Below are positions 11,571 to 21,331 of a stretch of DNA of 64,000 bases, one piece after another. Source of the DNA: a virus (Duplodnaviria > Caudoviricetes); the IMG/VR virus record IMGVR_UViG_3300020577_014021; one strand, given 5' to 3'. The notes under the pieces were generated by a model. The model was not told the origin of the DNA, ran no database searches, and was given only the letters and a program-made list of their open reading frames with translations. The first letter of the stretch is position 1; each line of letters begins with the position of its first letter. Made by a program: the position numbers and the translations under genes.

Positions 11571-11960
11571 ATGTTATCACAAAAGCACCAGTACAAACTT
11601 AAAACTGAAATACTTGCTTTAGCCAAAGACCATATGGTTGAAGACTGGGATAGTGATGGGGCTTTACCTATATCATTAGACGTACTTTATTACGCCTATG
11701 AAGCAGTTAATTTATTACCATCTTGTATTATTTTACCAAGCATTACACCAGAAATTGACGGAACAATTAGTTTTGATTGGAATGAAGGAAAAGGGCATTT
11801 ATTGAGTTGTGGTATCATAGATGACAATAAAGTAGTTTTTGTTGGAATATTAGATGGTAAAAAAATAGATTTTATCACTTATAATTCAACAGATTTAGCT
11901 AAAGAATTTAGAACTATTTTATTAGAACATTTTATGGAGCCTAATTATGTCGTGGATTGA
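11571..11960 (+). CDS. hypothetical protein, paralog of 4874
   Basis: DWDSDGALPIS...PSITPEIDGTISFDW. Confidence 0.7.
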   Translation: MLSQKHQYKLKTEILALAKDHMVEDWDSDGALPISLDVLYYAYEAVNLLPSCIILPSITPEIDGTISFDWNEGKGHLLSCGIIDDNKVVFVGILDGKKIDFITYNSTDLAKEFRTILLEHFMEPNYVVD

Positions 11961-12474
11961 TTATTATAAAGAACAACCCGCCTTGTATCCGTACAATAAT
12001 GATTCTAAAAATCCTGATTCACTTTATCGCAGTGATGAAGTAATTGTAAGTTATCAATATAATAAAAAATGGTTGGTTACTACAAGTTTTATTTTAAAAT
12101 ATCCTAATGTAAGCTATTTGTCATGGGTCAATCCTGATATACAAAATAATGTTTTTTGGCAATATAAACCTGAAATTCCTTTAAATGAAATTTTAAATAA
12201 TCAGCCAAAAATATCAGGATGGCATTGGGGTTCAGAACAATTACCAAAATTATTTTCTCATGATACAAAAAAAGATCCCAATGGAAAAATTTATGGTTTC
12301 AAAAGCAAAATCGTTATAACGGTTTGTAAACATGAAGATAAATATTTTACACGAGGCAACATGCTAATGACAACTCGTGACAATGACGAGCCTCAATGGA
12401 TATATTTTGAAAAAAATGATATTATTCTTTGGCAACCTTTACCTGAACCAATGAAAGCACAAAATCATGTTTGA
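11947..12474 (+). CDS. hypothetical protein with two DUF551-like repeats
   Basis: MSWI..KEQP...FWQYKPEIP and GWH..SEQLP...LWQPLPEP. Confidence 0.55.
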   Translation: MSWIDYYKEQPALYPYNNDSKNPDSLYRSDEVIVSYQYNKKWLVTTSFILKYPNVSYLSWVNPDIQNNVFWQYKPEIPLNEILNNQPKISGWHWGSEQLPKLFSHDTKKDPNGKIYGFKSKIVITVCKHEDKYFTRGNMLMTTRDNDEPQWIYFEKNDIILWQPLPEPMKAQNHV

Positions 12475-13084
12475 AATTATTGAAGCCTTAGAAAAACTAG
12501 GGCAAACTCTTTATTCTGCAATAGGATATTCTCAAAAAAAACCTATAGACTTGCGTGTAGACACAACAATTTATAACAAACTTCTAACATATTTTCATAA
12601 CAATAAAAAACAAGTTCGTATCAATTGGAGTCCATTAAGTCCTAATATGTTGGTTATCAAAACTTTATTCGGCATCTTTATTATACACAAAGAACAAAGC
12701 GTAATCATTACAGAAAAAGGAGAATATAATTGTTGCTATACTTGTGATAATAGTGGCAATAAATGTGAAAAACAACCATCAGAAGACAGTTTAGATGCGT
12801 TTAAATATTTATGTGGAAATCTTCCTATGTCTATAAATCAAATGAAATATGAAGATGGTTTTACTTTAGGTTCCCCTCCAAATTCAATTCAAGTACAGAA
12901 AAACTGTGTTTCGTGTTTATCTGGTCAAGAAGGCGGTAGGTGTGAATGTCCAACATTAATAGAAGGCGAAATACATCCAAGCGATTATAAAGCACATGGT
13001 CTTTGTCCAAAGTGTGGTCACCGTGGTGAGTTTATAGCCATGGCTCTTTGTTGTCCAACCCATGGTATGTTTGGAGGCTGTTAA
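12467..13084 (+). CDS. Cys-rich hypothetical protein with C-terminal Zn-ribbon module
   Basis: CPKCGHRGEFIAMALCCPTHGMFGGC. Confidence 0.7.
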   Translation: MFEIIEALEKLGQTLYSAIGYSQKKPIDLRVDTTIYNKLLTYFHNNKKQVRINWSPLSPNMLVIKTLFGIFIIHKEQSVIITEKGEYNCCYTCDNSGNKCEKQPSEDSLDAFKYLCGNLPMSINQMKYEDGFTLGSPPNSIQVQKNCVSCLSGQEGGRCECPTLIEGEIHPSDYKAHGLCPKCGHRGEFIAMALCCPTHGMFGGC

Positions 13085-13085
13085 G

Positions 13086-13331
13086 ATGGGAGGACGCGCT
13101 CTTAAATTCAAAATACTACATGATGGAGATGAACAAGAATTTTATGCATATGGTATGATCCATGCTGCTGAGAAGTGGGCAGAATGGTTTAATGAGCAAG
13201 AAAATTATTGTTTTGATTCTGACGAAGATTATTATGAAGAAATTGAAATAATTGCGCCTGATGGTGAGCGGAAAAAATTTAAAGTTAGTGCTTATATCAC
13301 AATAAATTATCGTGTTAAGGAAATAAAATAA
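13086..13331 (+). CDS. hypothetical protein (IxAxSxxxAA paralog family)
   Basis: FYAYGMIHAAEKWAE; start adjusted to the ATG after the upstream stop. Confidence 0.6.
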   Translation: MGGRALKFKILHDGDEQEFYAYGMIHAAEKWAEWFNEQENYCFDSDEDYYEEIEIIAPDGERKKFKVSAYITINYRVKEIK

Positions 13332-13335
13332 GTTT

Positions 13336-13416
13336 GGGCTGGTAGCTTAATGATATTACGGTAGAGCGCGGGGCTAATCACCTCGTATGATGTGGGTTCG
13401 AATCCCGCCCAGTCCA
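13336..13416 (+). tRNA. atypical tRNA-Ile(AAU)
   Basis: Acceptor GGGCTGG/CCAGTCC-A, D-stem GCTT/GAGC with enlarged loop, anticodon loop CT-AAT-CA, T-arm GTGGG-TTCGAAT-CCCGC. Confidence 0.7.
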
Positions 13417-13679
13417 TTTTAGTTTTTTTAAAATTATTTATGAAAAAAATATTTGAAACTCCACATGGTATTATTTACGCAAAACGTACTTCTGGTGGTG
13501 GCTTACAATATTTTGATGATACATGTGGTATAATAGCATCTATTATAGATATGACCGTGGTTAATCGACAACATTTAAAAATGATTCTTGATAATCATGC
13601 CGAAATAGAAACATATTTTGATAGATTACCAGACGTATAGCAGTTTACTTTAAACGCTGAAATTAATGGAGAGATAAAA

Positions 13680-13967
13680 ATGACTGTTGAAATCGTTCGT
13701 AAGCCTACCATTGGTGTAAAATTATCTATTGGACCAACTTATATCACCTTAAAAGTACCTGATGATTGGATAATTAATGAAACCAGGTATATTGCTTTTG
13801 CTAAATATGCTGCTGAAATGTGTGATAGACGTTTCACAATACACGGCACAATCTATTACGAGAATAGACGCTTACAAGTAATTTTAAGACACAGAAAAAA
13901 AGCAAATTTTGCTTATTTAATTAAAGAACTAAATCCAAATAACGTCCAAATCAACAAAAATGTTTAG
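13680..13967 (+). CDS. hypothetical protein, paralog of 11012
   Basis: VKLSIGPTYITLKVPDD versus VKLTITPTRIHVKVPLD. Confidence 0.65.
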   Translation: MTVEIVRKPTIGVKLSIGPTYITLKVPDDWIINETRYIAFAKYAAEMCDRRFTIHGTIYYENRRLQVILRHRKKANFAYLIKELNPNNVQINKNV

Positions 13968-14213
13968 GAATATTCTATGCAAGAAATTAAATTAGTGTGT
14001 TGGCATTGCGATGTAGAAAAAAATATTAATGTTGAATGGTTACCTGAATCAGCAATAGAATTAGCTGGATTAGCAGTAAAAAATGATATGGTAGCTATGA
14101 TGGACGATAGATATCGCAGAGTACTCATATTTTGTAATCGTGAACATGCTGATAAACAACTCTTAAAAAATGGATTTTATCCAAAAAAAGCTAGAAAAGA
14201 AAAAGTTTTATAG

Positions 14214-14241
14214 TTGACATGTCATAAAATTATGGTAAGAT
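14214..14241 (+). promoter_or_regulatory. sigma70-type early promoter
   Basis: TTGACA-N16-TAAGAT with TGn. Confidence 0.7.
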
Positions 14242-14280
14242 TTGATTTCAATGAACGCGATAATTTAAAGGAGATATTTT

Positions 14281-14721
14281 ATGACTCAAGTATTAAAAGC
14301 TGGTAAATATTTAATAGGTGACCCATGTTATTTTTATGATAGACAACATTGGTCTGAGTTTTGTGATAGAATCAATATAAATCCTCATGAAAATTATGGT
14401 TCATTTATTAAAGATCAAAACGATAATCAATTTTGGTATATGTCTACCGCAAATGGTGATGGCGCATATCCATTATATAAAAATGACATAGAAATAGCAG
14501 AATTAGGCGTTGACTCAGGTTTATTGGCTATTATACCTTTAGAAATAGCACAACAATGGCCAAATTATGAAAATAATAAAAAATTTGGCCATATAATTAA
14601 AATTGAAAAAGATTGCGAAATTATAAATCGCAATGGCAATGCGTATTTTGCAGATTATGAACTCATATCTGAAGATGATGATGATGTTTCAGATAATGAT
14701 GAATGGCCAGAGGAAGATTGA
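14281..14721 (+). CDS. conserved phage hypothetical protein (DUF4241-like)
   Basis: YLIGDPCY...GDGAY...GVDSGLLAII; AAGGAG RBS. Confidence 0.65.
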   Translation: MTQVLKAGKYLIGDPCYFYDRQHWSEFCDRININPHENYGSFIKDQNDNQFWYMSTANGDGAYPLYKNDIEIAELGVDSGLLAIIPLEIAQQWPNYENNKKFGHIIKIEKDCEIINRNGNAYFADYELISEDDDDVSDNDEWPEED

Positions 14722-14724
14722 TTT

Positions 14725-15048
14725 ATGAGCCTAGATTTAGATTTATACTGCAAACACTGCAATCAATCCGTTAAATCTTTTAACATCACGCATAATCTTA
14801 ATAAAATGGCCATGGAAGTTGGTATGTATGAAGCCATGTGGCGACCAGAGGAATTAAACTATAATAAAATAATCATCAAAGAAAAACTTAAAAATGGTAT
14901 TATGCAACTTTTAGATAATCCAGTTAAATTTAAAAAAATGAATCCGGAAAACGGTTGGGGTACATATGAAGGATTATTAAAAGTTGCTACAGGATATCTT
15001 GAAGCCTTAAATGAACATCCTGAATGTGAGATAAGGGCAGACAGGTAA
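14725..15048 (+). CDS. conserved phage hypothetical protein
   Basis: NITHNLNKMA...NPENGWGTYEG. Confidence 0.7.
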   Translation: MSLDLDLYCKHCNQSVKSFNITHNLNKMAMEVGMYEAMWRPEELNYNKIIIKEKLKNGIMQLLDNPVKFKKMNPENGWGTYEGLLKVATGYLEALNEHPECEIRADR

Positions 15049-15054
15049 CTTTGC

Positions 15055-15127
15055 GCTAGTGTAGCTCAATTGGTAGAGCACCGGTTTTGTAAACCGGTGG
15101 TTGTAGGTTCAAGTCCTATCACTAGCT
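15055..15127 (+). tRNA. tRNA-Thr(UGU)
   Basis: Cloverleaf; anticodon arm CCGGT-TTTGTAA-ACCGG; no encoded CCA. Confidence 0.92.
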
Positions 15128-15140
15128 TTAGGAGCAATTT

Positions 15141-18023
15141 ATGAGCATGAATTTAGAATGCGATCAATGTGACTTAATACAAACACCTACACAAGTAACT
15201 TATGAATGCTTTTTTGGTAAAACACAACCATGGAAAAAGAAATTAACTAATGAACAAATTAGAGATAATTACATTGCTTGGATAAAAGAAGTTTATAAAA
15301 ATGACAGTAAAGAAAATAAAGAATGGTTAGGAAGTCACATTAATAGACTTATGAATGTAAAAAGACCTCGTTTTCACATTGTATAAAGGAATAAAATGGC
15401 TAAACCATTAATTAAACCACCTATTCAAGAACTTCTCGTAGAGGGGCACAACTATTTGCTAAAAATTACCGGTGTTCGTGATGAATGGGTCAAACATTCT
15501 GTGGTTACCTACCGTGTTAGTTACCATGTCACTGGTAAGCCAGATAAACGATTTGATATGCAACAAAATGATATACGTCTAAATATTGAAAATCTTTTAG
15601 CTGATCCAACTATTAAAAAAGTTGAATGGATTAGAATTAACAATAAAATATTTTTTGACCAAGTTAAAGATTTATGTGTAAAAAGCAAAAAAGACAATAA
15701 TCATGCCATTCTCACCTCATAAAAAAACAAAAAATTAACTGTATCACATTCTATTTCTAAAAAATCTCACCATTATAACTAGAATAACATGTTTTATCTT
15801 TAATTAAAAAACATGGCACACAAAAAAACTCATGGTAAATTTTATGCATGAAAACTGTGGGCCAATACAAAAACATGATAATTGGTTTAAAAAACAATCA
15901 GCTTTACCATAAAACAAAAGAGCAAGAAAAATGGACTATTATCATACCTTGGATACCAGCAAATCAAGATAATGAATCTTTAGTGTATCATTATATTTTG
16001 TTCCGTGAAATAATAGACATTAATCTGTCTAACAAACTCATATAATAATACTGGAGGCTACTATGTTATCTAAAAAAGAATTGGTTATGCTGTGTTTTTT
16101 TGATGTATTGCAATCACTTATGCTTTGTGCTGTTTTATCCAAACTATGGCAATGGTTCTTTGTTCCTACCTTTGGACTACCATTCATTTCTATTCCTGTG
16201 TTCTTTGGTATACGTTTATTTACCATTATACTTTTAGGTAAAAAATTTAATAGACTTGAAAGTAACGAAATTAAATTTCAAAAGGAAATAGAAATCATTG
16301 GCTCTAACATCTGTAGATACACTCTAATGATTTTTTTAGGAAGAGTTGCTTTTGCTTTAAGCTAATAAATCTTCTTGACATTATAATCTTATAAGTGTTA
16401 TAATATTTATAAGATGTTTAAACGATGAATAAGGAGATAATTTATGCATGAAAACGATACCACAAAACGTACAGAAACCATTAAACACTTATCAGTTAGA
16501 TTGCGTACTATTATTAGTCTTATTGACCAATTAGAAGAAACTGATATAATGGAAGTAGTAAATTTCTATTGCCAATTTTGCGGAAAAAAAGTAATGAGTA
16601 ATCGTTGCATTCACAATGAATCTGAAATATAAATATTTTATCTTACGTAGTTATTGACGACTCTATATAGTTCAATTAATTCTTTAGAAATAATCTTTAT
16701 GAATATGGACATTACAGATTCCACATTTTCTTTTTCAGAATATTGTAAAGAAGAGCCGAAACAAAAAGATGAAAAAGAAAATGTGAAGATCCCTGAAGGT
16801 TGTCCTAAATGTGGTGATAGAGGTGAATTCATTCGTATGGCTTTATGTTGTCCAAGACATGGAATGTTTGCAGGTTGTTAGATTTTTACAGCTGAAATAA
16901 GAAAGGATAAATATTATGTTAGATAAATTATTAAATTGGGAAGAATGGGATGAAGTGGGACCATGGGGTATGCAATTATATAAAGCAACCCTGAAACAAG
17001 ACATAGGTCCATTCAAAGCAGAAGAAAAATTTCATTTGGTTTATTTTGATTTTGAAGGCGGATTATTGCAATTTTTTAAAAATGAAGGCGATGAAGACGG
17101 TCCCATTGTAAATCTAAAACTTGTCGAAGAAAAATAACATTGGTACCTTGACATCATATAACATCTATAATAGATAAAAGTCATATAAAACAAAAAGAGG
17201 GTTTTATGGAACTTACATTATTATCATCTGATGTTTCAAATAATCAACTTCCTATTTACTTTATTCCACCAAATTGGTACAAAAACCTTTGTAATAATTT
17301 ACTACAAAATTTATATTTAAAAGACCAAGAATACTTTGATGAACAGCTTGAAAATATAAATTTGTTTGCAGTAGATTTTGATACCACTAAGAAAGAATTT
17401 ATTGTTCATATTTTAATTAGCCTAAGAAATACATTAAATCCATATAAACAAGAAAATATTGTAAGCCTCTTGGAATATGCCATTTTTTTATTTGCTACTA
17501 ATAGACCAAAAGACAGTTTAAGAAATTTGTGTCAAAAACATTATCATGCTAAAAACAATAATGATATTGACAACATCACCATATTTAGCATTTTATCGAC
17601 CATCATGTTGCTAATTGAAGACAAAATATTTTCCGCAATTATGTGTTCATTAAGTGCGTATGTCTGCCAATTTCCATCAGAAGAAAAACATGTCTATAAT
17701 GTTTTTGCTACAAAGCTGTTAAACCTTATTGAGAAAAACGAAAGATAAAAGGAGGAGTTATGTTAAATGCATGTATGAATAGTATGGTCAATTTAGATTT
17801 TTTTGCAAATATTGTTAAAAGCAGTAAAACTATGGAAGAAGCATTTAAATATGTTTCTCAAATTAAAGACGTACCATCTGAGATTGCTTGGAAATTTAAA
17901 GAAAAATATGACCCTACTAATATTTTATCGCCACGTTTAGCTTTTATGCGTTTTTATAAAGATGTTAAAAAGAATTCTTATGGAGTTGAAGTACCATATA
18001 GCATTGAAGATATTGATGATTAA
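15141..18023 (+). other. Cluster of small hypothetical ORFs (15141, 15396, 15848, 16063, 16444, 16654, 16916, 17206, 17760)
   Basis: Same-strand ORFs with RBSs; promoter TTGACA-N18-TATAAT at 16375-16404. Confidence 0.55.
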
Positions 18024-18025
18024 TT

Positions 18026-18652
18026 TTATAATCTCAATTTCACTAACAAATTATGCAACATTTCTTGATCAATTGATTCTGGCAAATCACTTTTATCAAA
18101 TTTTACCTTAATTTCCTGAACAAAATTTTCTGCAACTTTCAATATCTCATCAAAATTTTCTACTCCATTTCTAATATCTAACAAATGTTTTCTCATTCCG
18201 CCTACATACGTATTAATTTCACGATTCGTAACAATATCGTTTGCTGAATATAATAAACGATAAACGTGCATCAAATTTTTGGTATTTTTATTATTCTTAG
18301 CTTTTTCTAATTGATGGTAAACATATCCCACAAAAGAATTTTTACAAGCTTTAGTTAAAAAATCTATACGATATCGCTTAAGCTCCTCAAAAGCATCGCT
18401 GGTCTGGACAACCATATTATCAGGCAACCAAAGCATTTCTAAGATCGTTGGATTAGATTTCCCAATGAGTTCTATAAACTTTCTAAGCTCATAATAAACT
18501 TCATCCTTAGAAACATCAATGCGTTCTTTATATTTAAAACCCAGTATATCCTCTAACGGTTGTTGATACACACCTTTTATATCAATATCTGATTCTTCAG
18601 TGTTTAAACCATATGCCGTACTACCCACAATACCTTTAAAAATAATGTTCAT
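18026..18652 (-). CDS. predicted nucleotidyltransferase (DNA pol beta superfamily)
   Basis: GSTAYGLNTEESDIDIKGVY motif; SNPTILEML. Confidence 0.85.
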   Translation of the reverse strand: MNIIFKGIVGSTAYGLNTEESDIDIKGVYQQPLEDILGFKYKERIDVSKDEVYYELRKFIELIGKSNPTILEMLWLPDNMVVQTSDAFEELKRYRIDFLTKACKNSFVGYVYHQLEKAKNNKNTKNLMHVYRLLYSANDIVTNREINTYVGGMRKHLLDIRNGVENFDEILKVAENFVQEIKVKFDKSDLPESIDQEMLHNLLVKLRL

Positions 18653-18739
18653 AAACTTAATCTCACATGTAAGACATTTGAATACATAAACTTACCTACC
18701 ATTTAATCTTAAATACAACAAAATAAAACGGGGGCAGCA

Positions 18740-19528
18740 ATGACTAACATTATAGTTATTGACAAGAATAATCCTAATTTCCCAAAAGAACTTACAGATC
18801 CATTAAACAATACAGAACCTATACCATTTCCTGTTCCACCCAGATCGGAAGAACCTAGGGTGTTTGTGTTGTCTATTGGAGTCAATAATTCCAATCCTGA
18901 GGCACCACTTTATTATGCTGATAAAGATGCCCAAGATTTTTCTGACAATATCATCAAAAAATATCCAAAGCAACAGATACACAGTTTGGTATTGAAAAAT
19001 GCACAAGCTAACAATAGAAGCATACAAGCTGCCTTTAGATGGTTAGAAGAATCCACCAATAAAAGAGATGAAGTATTTGTGCTTTTTTCTGGCCATGGTG
19101 TTGTTGATTATCGTACTCAACGTTATTATTATTTATCTTATGAACCATTAGGCCGTGTTACGAATCAAAATTTAATTTCTGATGTATGGATTGGTAATTT
19201 AATTAGCCATATCTCAGGCAATTTAAAACTCTTTTTAGACACCTGTTATAGCAATAACTTTAATGATTATTTATTTGTACATATACCTATAATGAGAGCT
19301 AAGAATTTTTCTTCATTTGCATCATCTTTATCCTGGTATCCTTCTTATGAAGACATGAGAACAAAGAACGGTTATTTCACAGCAACTTTATTAGAAGTTC
19401 TAAACGATACTTTGCAAATAAAAGAAAATGGCCTTGACATTTCTCAGAAAATATCTTTTCGTTTAAGCCAAATAATGCCCATATCAAGTCATGGCTTACA
19501 ACAATCAAGTTCACTACACTATTTTTAA
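18740..19528 (+). CDS. caspase-family (peptidase C14) protease
   Basis: VLSIGVN, LYYADKDA, FSGHG (catalytic His), LDTCYS (catalytic Cys), NGYFT. Confidence 0.85.
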   Translation: MTNIIVIDKNNPNFPKELTDPLNNTEPIPFPVPPRSEEPRVFVLSIGVNNSNPEAPLYYADKDAQDFSDNIIKKYPKQQIHSLVLKNAQANNRSIQAAFRWLEESTNKRDEVFVLFSGHGVVDYRTQRYYYLSYEPLGRVTNQNLISDVWIGNLISHISGNLKLFLDTCYSNNFNDYLFVHIPIMRAKNFSSFASSLSWYPSYEDMRTKNGYFTATLLEVLNDTLQIKENGLDISQKISFRLSQIMPISSHGLQQSSSLHYF

Positions 19529-19638
19529 TTGAGGATATTAAAACATGATATGCTTAAATAACTGCATATATATTTTTTTTTAAAATGTTATAATAGTCTT
19601 GCATCATTATTTTTATTTTGCTAGGTATTGATAAGTTT

Positions 19639-19711
19639 TCCGGCTTAGCTCAGTTGGCAGAGCAAGTGACTGTTAATCACTGGGTCGCAGGTTCGAGTCC
19701 TGCAGCCGGAG
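19639..19711 (+). tRNA. tRNA-Asn(GUU)
   Basis: Cloverleaf; AGTGA-CTGTTAA-TCACT. Confidence 0.95.
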
Positions 19712-19747
19712 TTGCTGTAAAAAACAGAGATATTAATAGGAGAAAAT

Positions 19748-20125
19748 ATGGATATTGTGAACCCAGATGAAATACTTGCTTTAGCCACTAATCAAAAAAA
19801 ACAATGTGAAGAAAGATTAATTGAGTTAAAACAAAAAGTAGAAATTTTACAAAATCAAATCGAATTATATGATTCTGTGATTGCTACGTTTAACAAAAAC
19901 AATAAATATCCCCGAGGTTTTTTGTTAAATTCAATTTTACAACGTTTAAAGCCCAACGAAGTATTCAGTCGCATAGACCTTGAAAAAAGATTGACAGATG
20001 ATAATATCAATATTAAAAAACAAACATTGAATAATTACATATACCAATTATCTTTAAATAATGTTATAAAAAAACAGGGGAATGGAAAATTTAGATTCAT
20101 AGGTAAAAGTGAGATCAAAGAATGA
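19748..20125 (+). CDS. coiled-coil plus winged-helix hypothetical protein
   Basis: AGGAG RBS; TLNNYIYQLSLNNVIKKQGNGKF. Confidence 0.6.
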   Translation: MDIVNPDEILALATNQKKQCEERLIELKQKVEILQNQIELYDSVIATFNKNNKYPRGFLLNSILQRLKPNEVFSRIDLEKRLTDDNINIKKQTLNNYIYQLSLNNVIKKQGNGKFRFIGKSEIKE

Positions 20126-20334
20126 AAGCCTTATTATTAAGTAGTTTATTGTTAATTAGCTGTGGTAATGAAAAATACCAGTTAACAAAAACAAAAATCC
20201 ACGTAGTTTGTTTTGACGGTGATGAGGTGGTTTATGATGATTGGGCAGATAATATTGTAAAAAAAGGACCAACTTGGATCATTACCAATGATTCTTTGAT
20301 GGTTAGTCTTAAAGGTGAATGCATAAAAAAATGA
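20122..20334 (+). CDS. small lipoprotein
   Basis: MKALLLSSLLLISC lipobox-like signal. Confidence 0.6.
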   Translation: MKALLLSSLLLISCGNEKYQLTKTKIHVVCFDGDEVVYDDWADNIVKKGPTWIITNDSLMVSLKGECIKK

Positions 20335-20561
20335 CAATTACTGGTACTTATCACTATATCACATTCAAAAACGCAGCTGAGATTTTAGATATTTCAAAAA
20401 AACAGTTATTGACATTTTTAAAAAATGGTGATTTAAAAGAAAACCATGGTTACATTGAATTACGTGAATTATCAGCTTTCAAAGTAAAATTAAATTTTGA
20501 TAGAGAAAAAGTTTTAGATGAATTAGTTGAGATATCACAAAAATTAAGATTATACGAATAA
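20319..20561 (+). CDS. excisionase/MerR-like HTH DNA-binding protein
   Basis: ITFKNAAEILDISKKQLLTFLKNGDL. Confidence 0.6.
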   Translation: MHKKMTITGTYHYITFKNAAEILDISKKQLLTFLKNGDLKENHGYIELRELSAFKVKLNFDREKVLDELVEISQKLRLYE

Positions 20562-20566
20562 ATCAA

Positions 20567-20649
20567 GGACAGATGGGTGAACGGTTAAACCAGCAGACTG
20601 TAAATCTGCCCCCCTTACGGGGTTGCAAGTTCGAATCTTGCTCTGTCCA
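20567..20649 (+). tRNA. tRNA-Tyr(GUA)
   Basis: GCAGA-CTGTAAA-TCTGC; long variable arm. Confidence 0.93.
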
Positions 20650-20655
20650 TATTAA

Positions 20656-20730
20656 GCTAGAGTAGCCCAATTGGTAGGAGGCGCCAGTCTTAGAAGCTGG
20701 GCAGTGTGGGTTCGAATCCCTCCTCTAGCA
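20656..20730 (+). tRNA. tRNA-Leu(UAG) with short variable loop
   Basis: CCAGT-CTTAGAA-GCTGG; 5-nt variable region GCAGT. Confidence 0.85.
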
Positions 20731-20899
20731 TATGAAAAAACAAGTATATACTGTAGTCTATCTCAATGATAATGGTGACTTGCGTTATGGAGAGTTTGAT
20801 TCAATTGCGGAATCTCGTAATTTCATTGAAGAAAAAATTGACAATTTGAAAGCTGTTATTATTAAGGGTGAATTTTTCGAAGATCATACTTAAAGTTAA

Positions 20900-21033
20900 G
20901 CCGCTGCGCTGTGGTGGGAACACAGAGCACTAGCCTTACTAACGGGAGCTGTGAGTTGTTGAGGTGGCCACCAAAACAACATGTCCAGATGAGGCACGAC
21001 AATCACAATCAGGTTCGAATCCTGACAGCGGCA
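20900..21033 (+). ncRNA. tRNA-like RNA 1 (134 nt) with large internal insert
   Basis: GCCGCTG/CAGCGGC-A acceptor; CTGTG-GTGGGAA-CACAG D-arm; TCAGG-TTCGAAT-CCTGA T-arm. Confidence 0.8.
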
Positions 21034-21046
21034 TGAAAGGAAAAAC

Positions 21047-21331
21047 GTGAAAACAAAATCTAATTATTTATGTTATTTTAAAGAAGAATTAGATGAAATA
21101 GGACCACCTGAAAAATGGAAAGAAAAAGATTTTGAGTTAATTTCAGCTTATAGTTATGACGACGCTGCAGCTCAATTTGTAAATGGATTAGAAAAGTGGA
21201 CAGAGCCTTTAGAAGATGGAGAATCAACAGAAATTATAATAATTAAAAAAATTACAGATAAACCACGATGTTTTCGTGTTGAATCTTCGGTTTCTATTGA
21301 ATATGACTTTGAAGAAATTAAAAACGATTAG
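21047..21331 (+). CDS. hypothetical protein (IxAxSxxxAA paralog family)
   Basis: ISAYSYDDAAAQFV; AAGGA RBS, GTG start. Confidence 0.65.
   Translation: MKTKSNYLCYFKEELDEIGPPEKWKEKDFELISAYSYDDAAAQFVNGLEKWTEPLEDGESTEIIIIKKITDKPRCFRVESSVSIEYDFEEIKND

Noticed and set aside
13004-16881. Stop-codon reassignment (TAG read-through)
   Set aside because: Core genes are intact in code 11, and paralogous tails end TGT-TAA and TGT-TAG at the same position, so TAG is a stop; no suppressor tRNA seen
20900-21033. tRNA interrupted by a self-splicing intron (also considered for RNA2 and RNA3)
   Set aside because: Inserts are too short for group I/II introns, and I found no excision that restores a canonical anticodon arm
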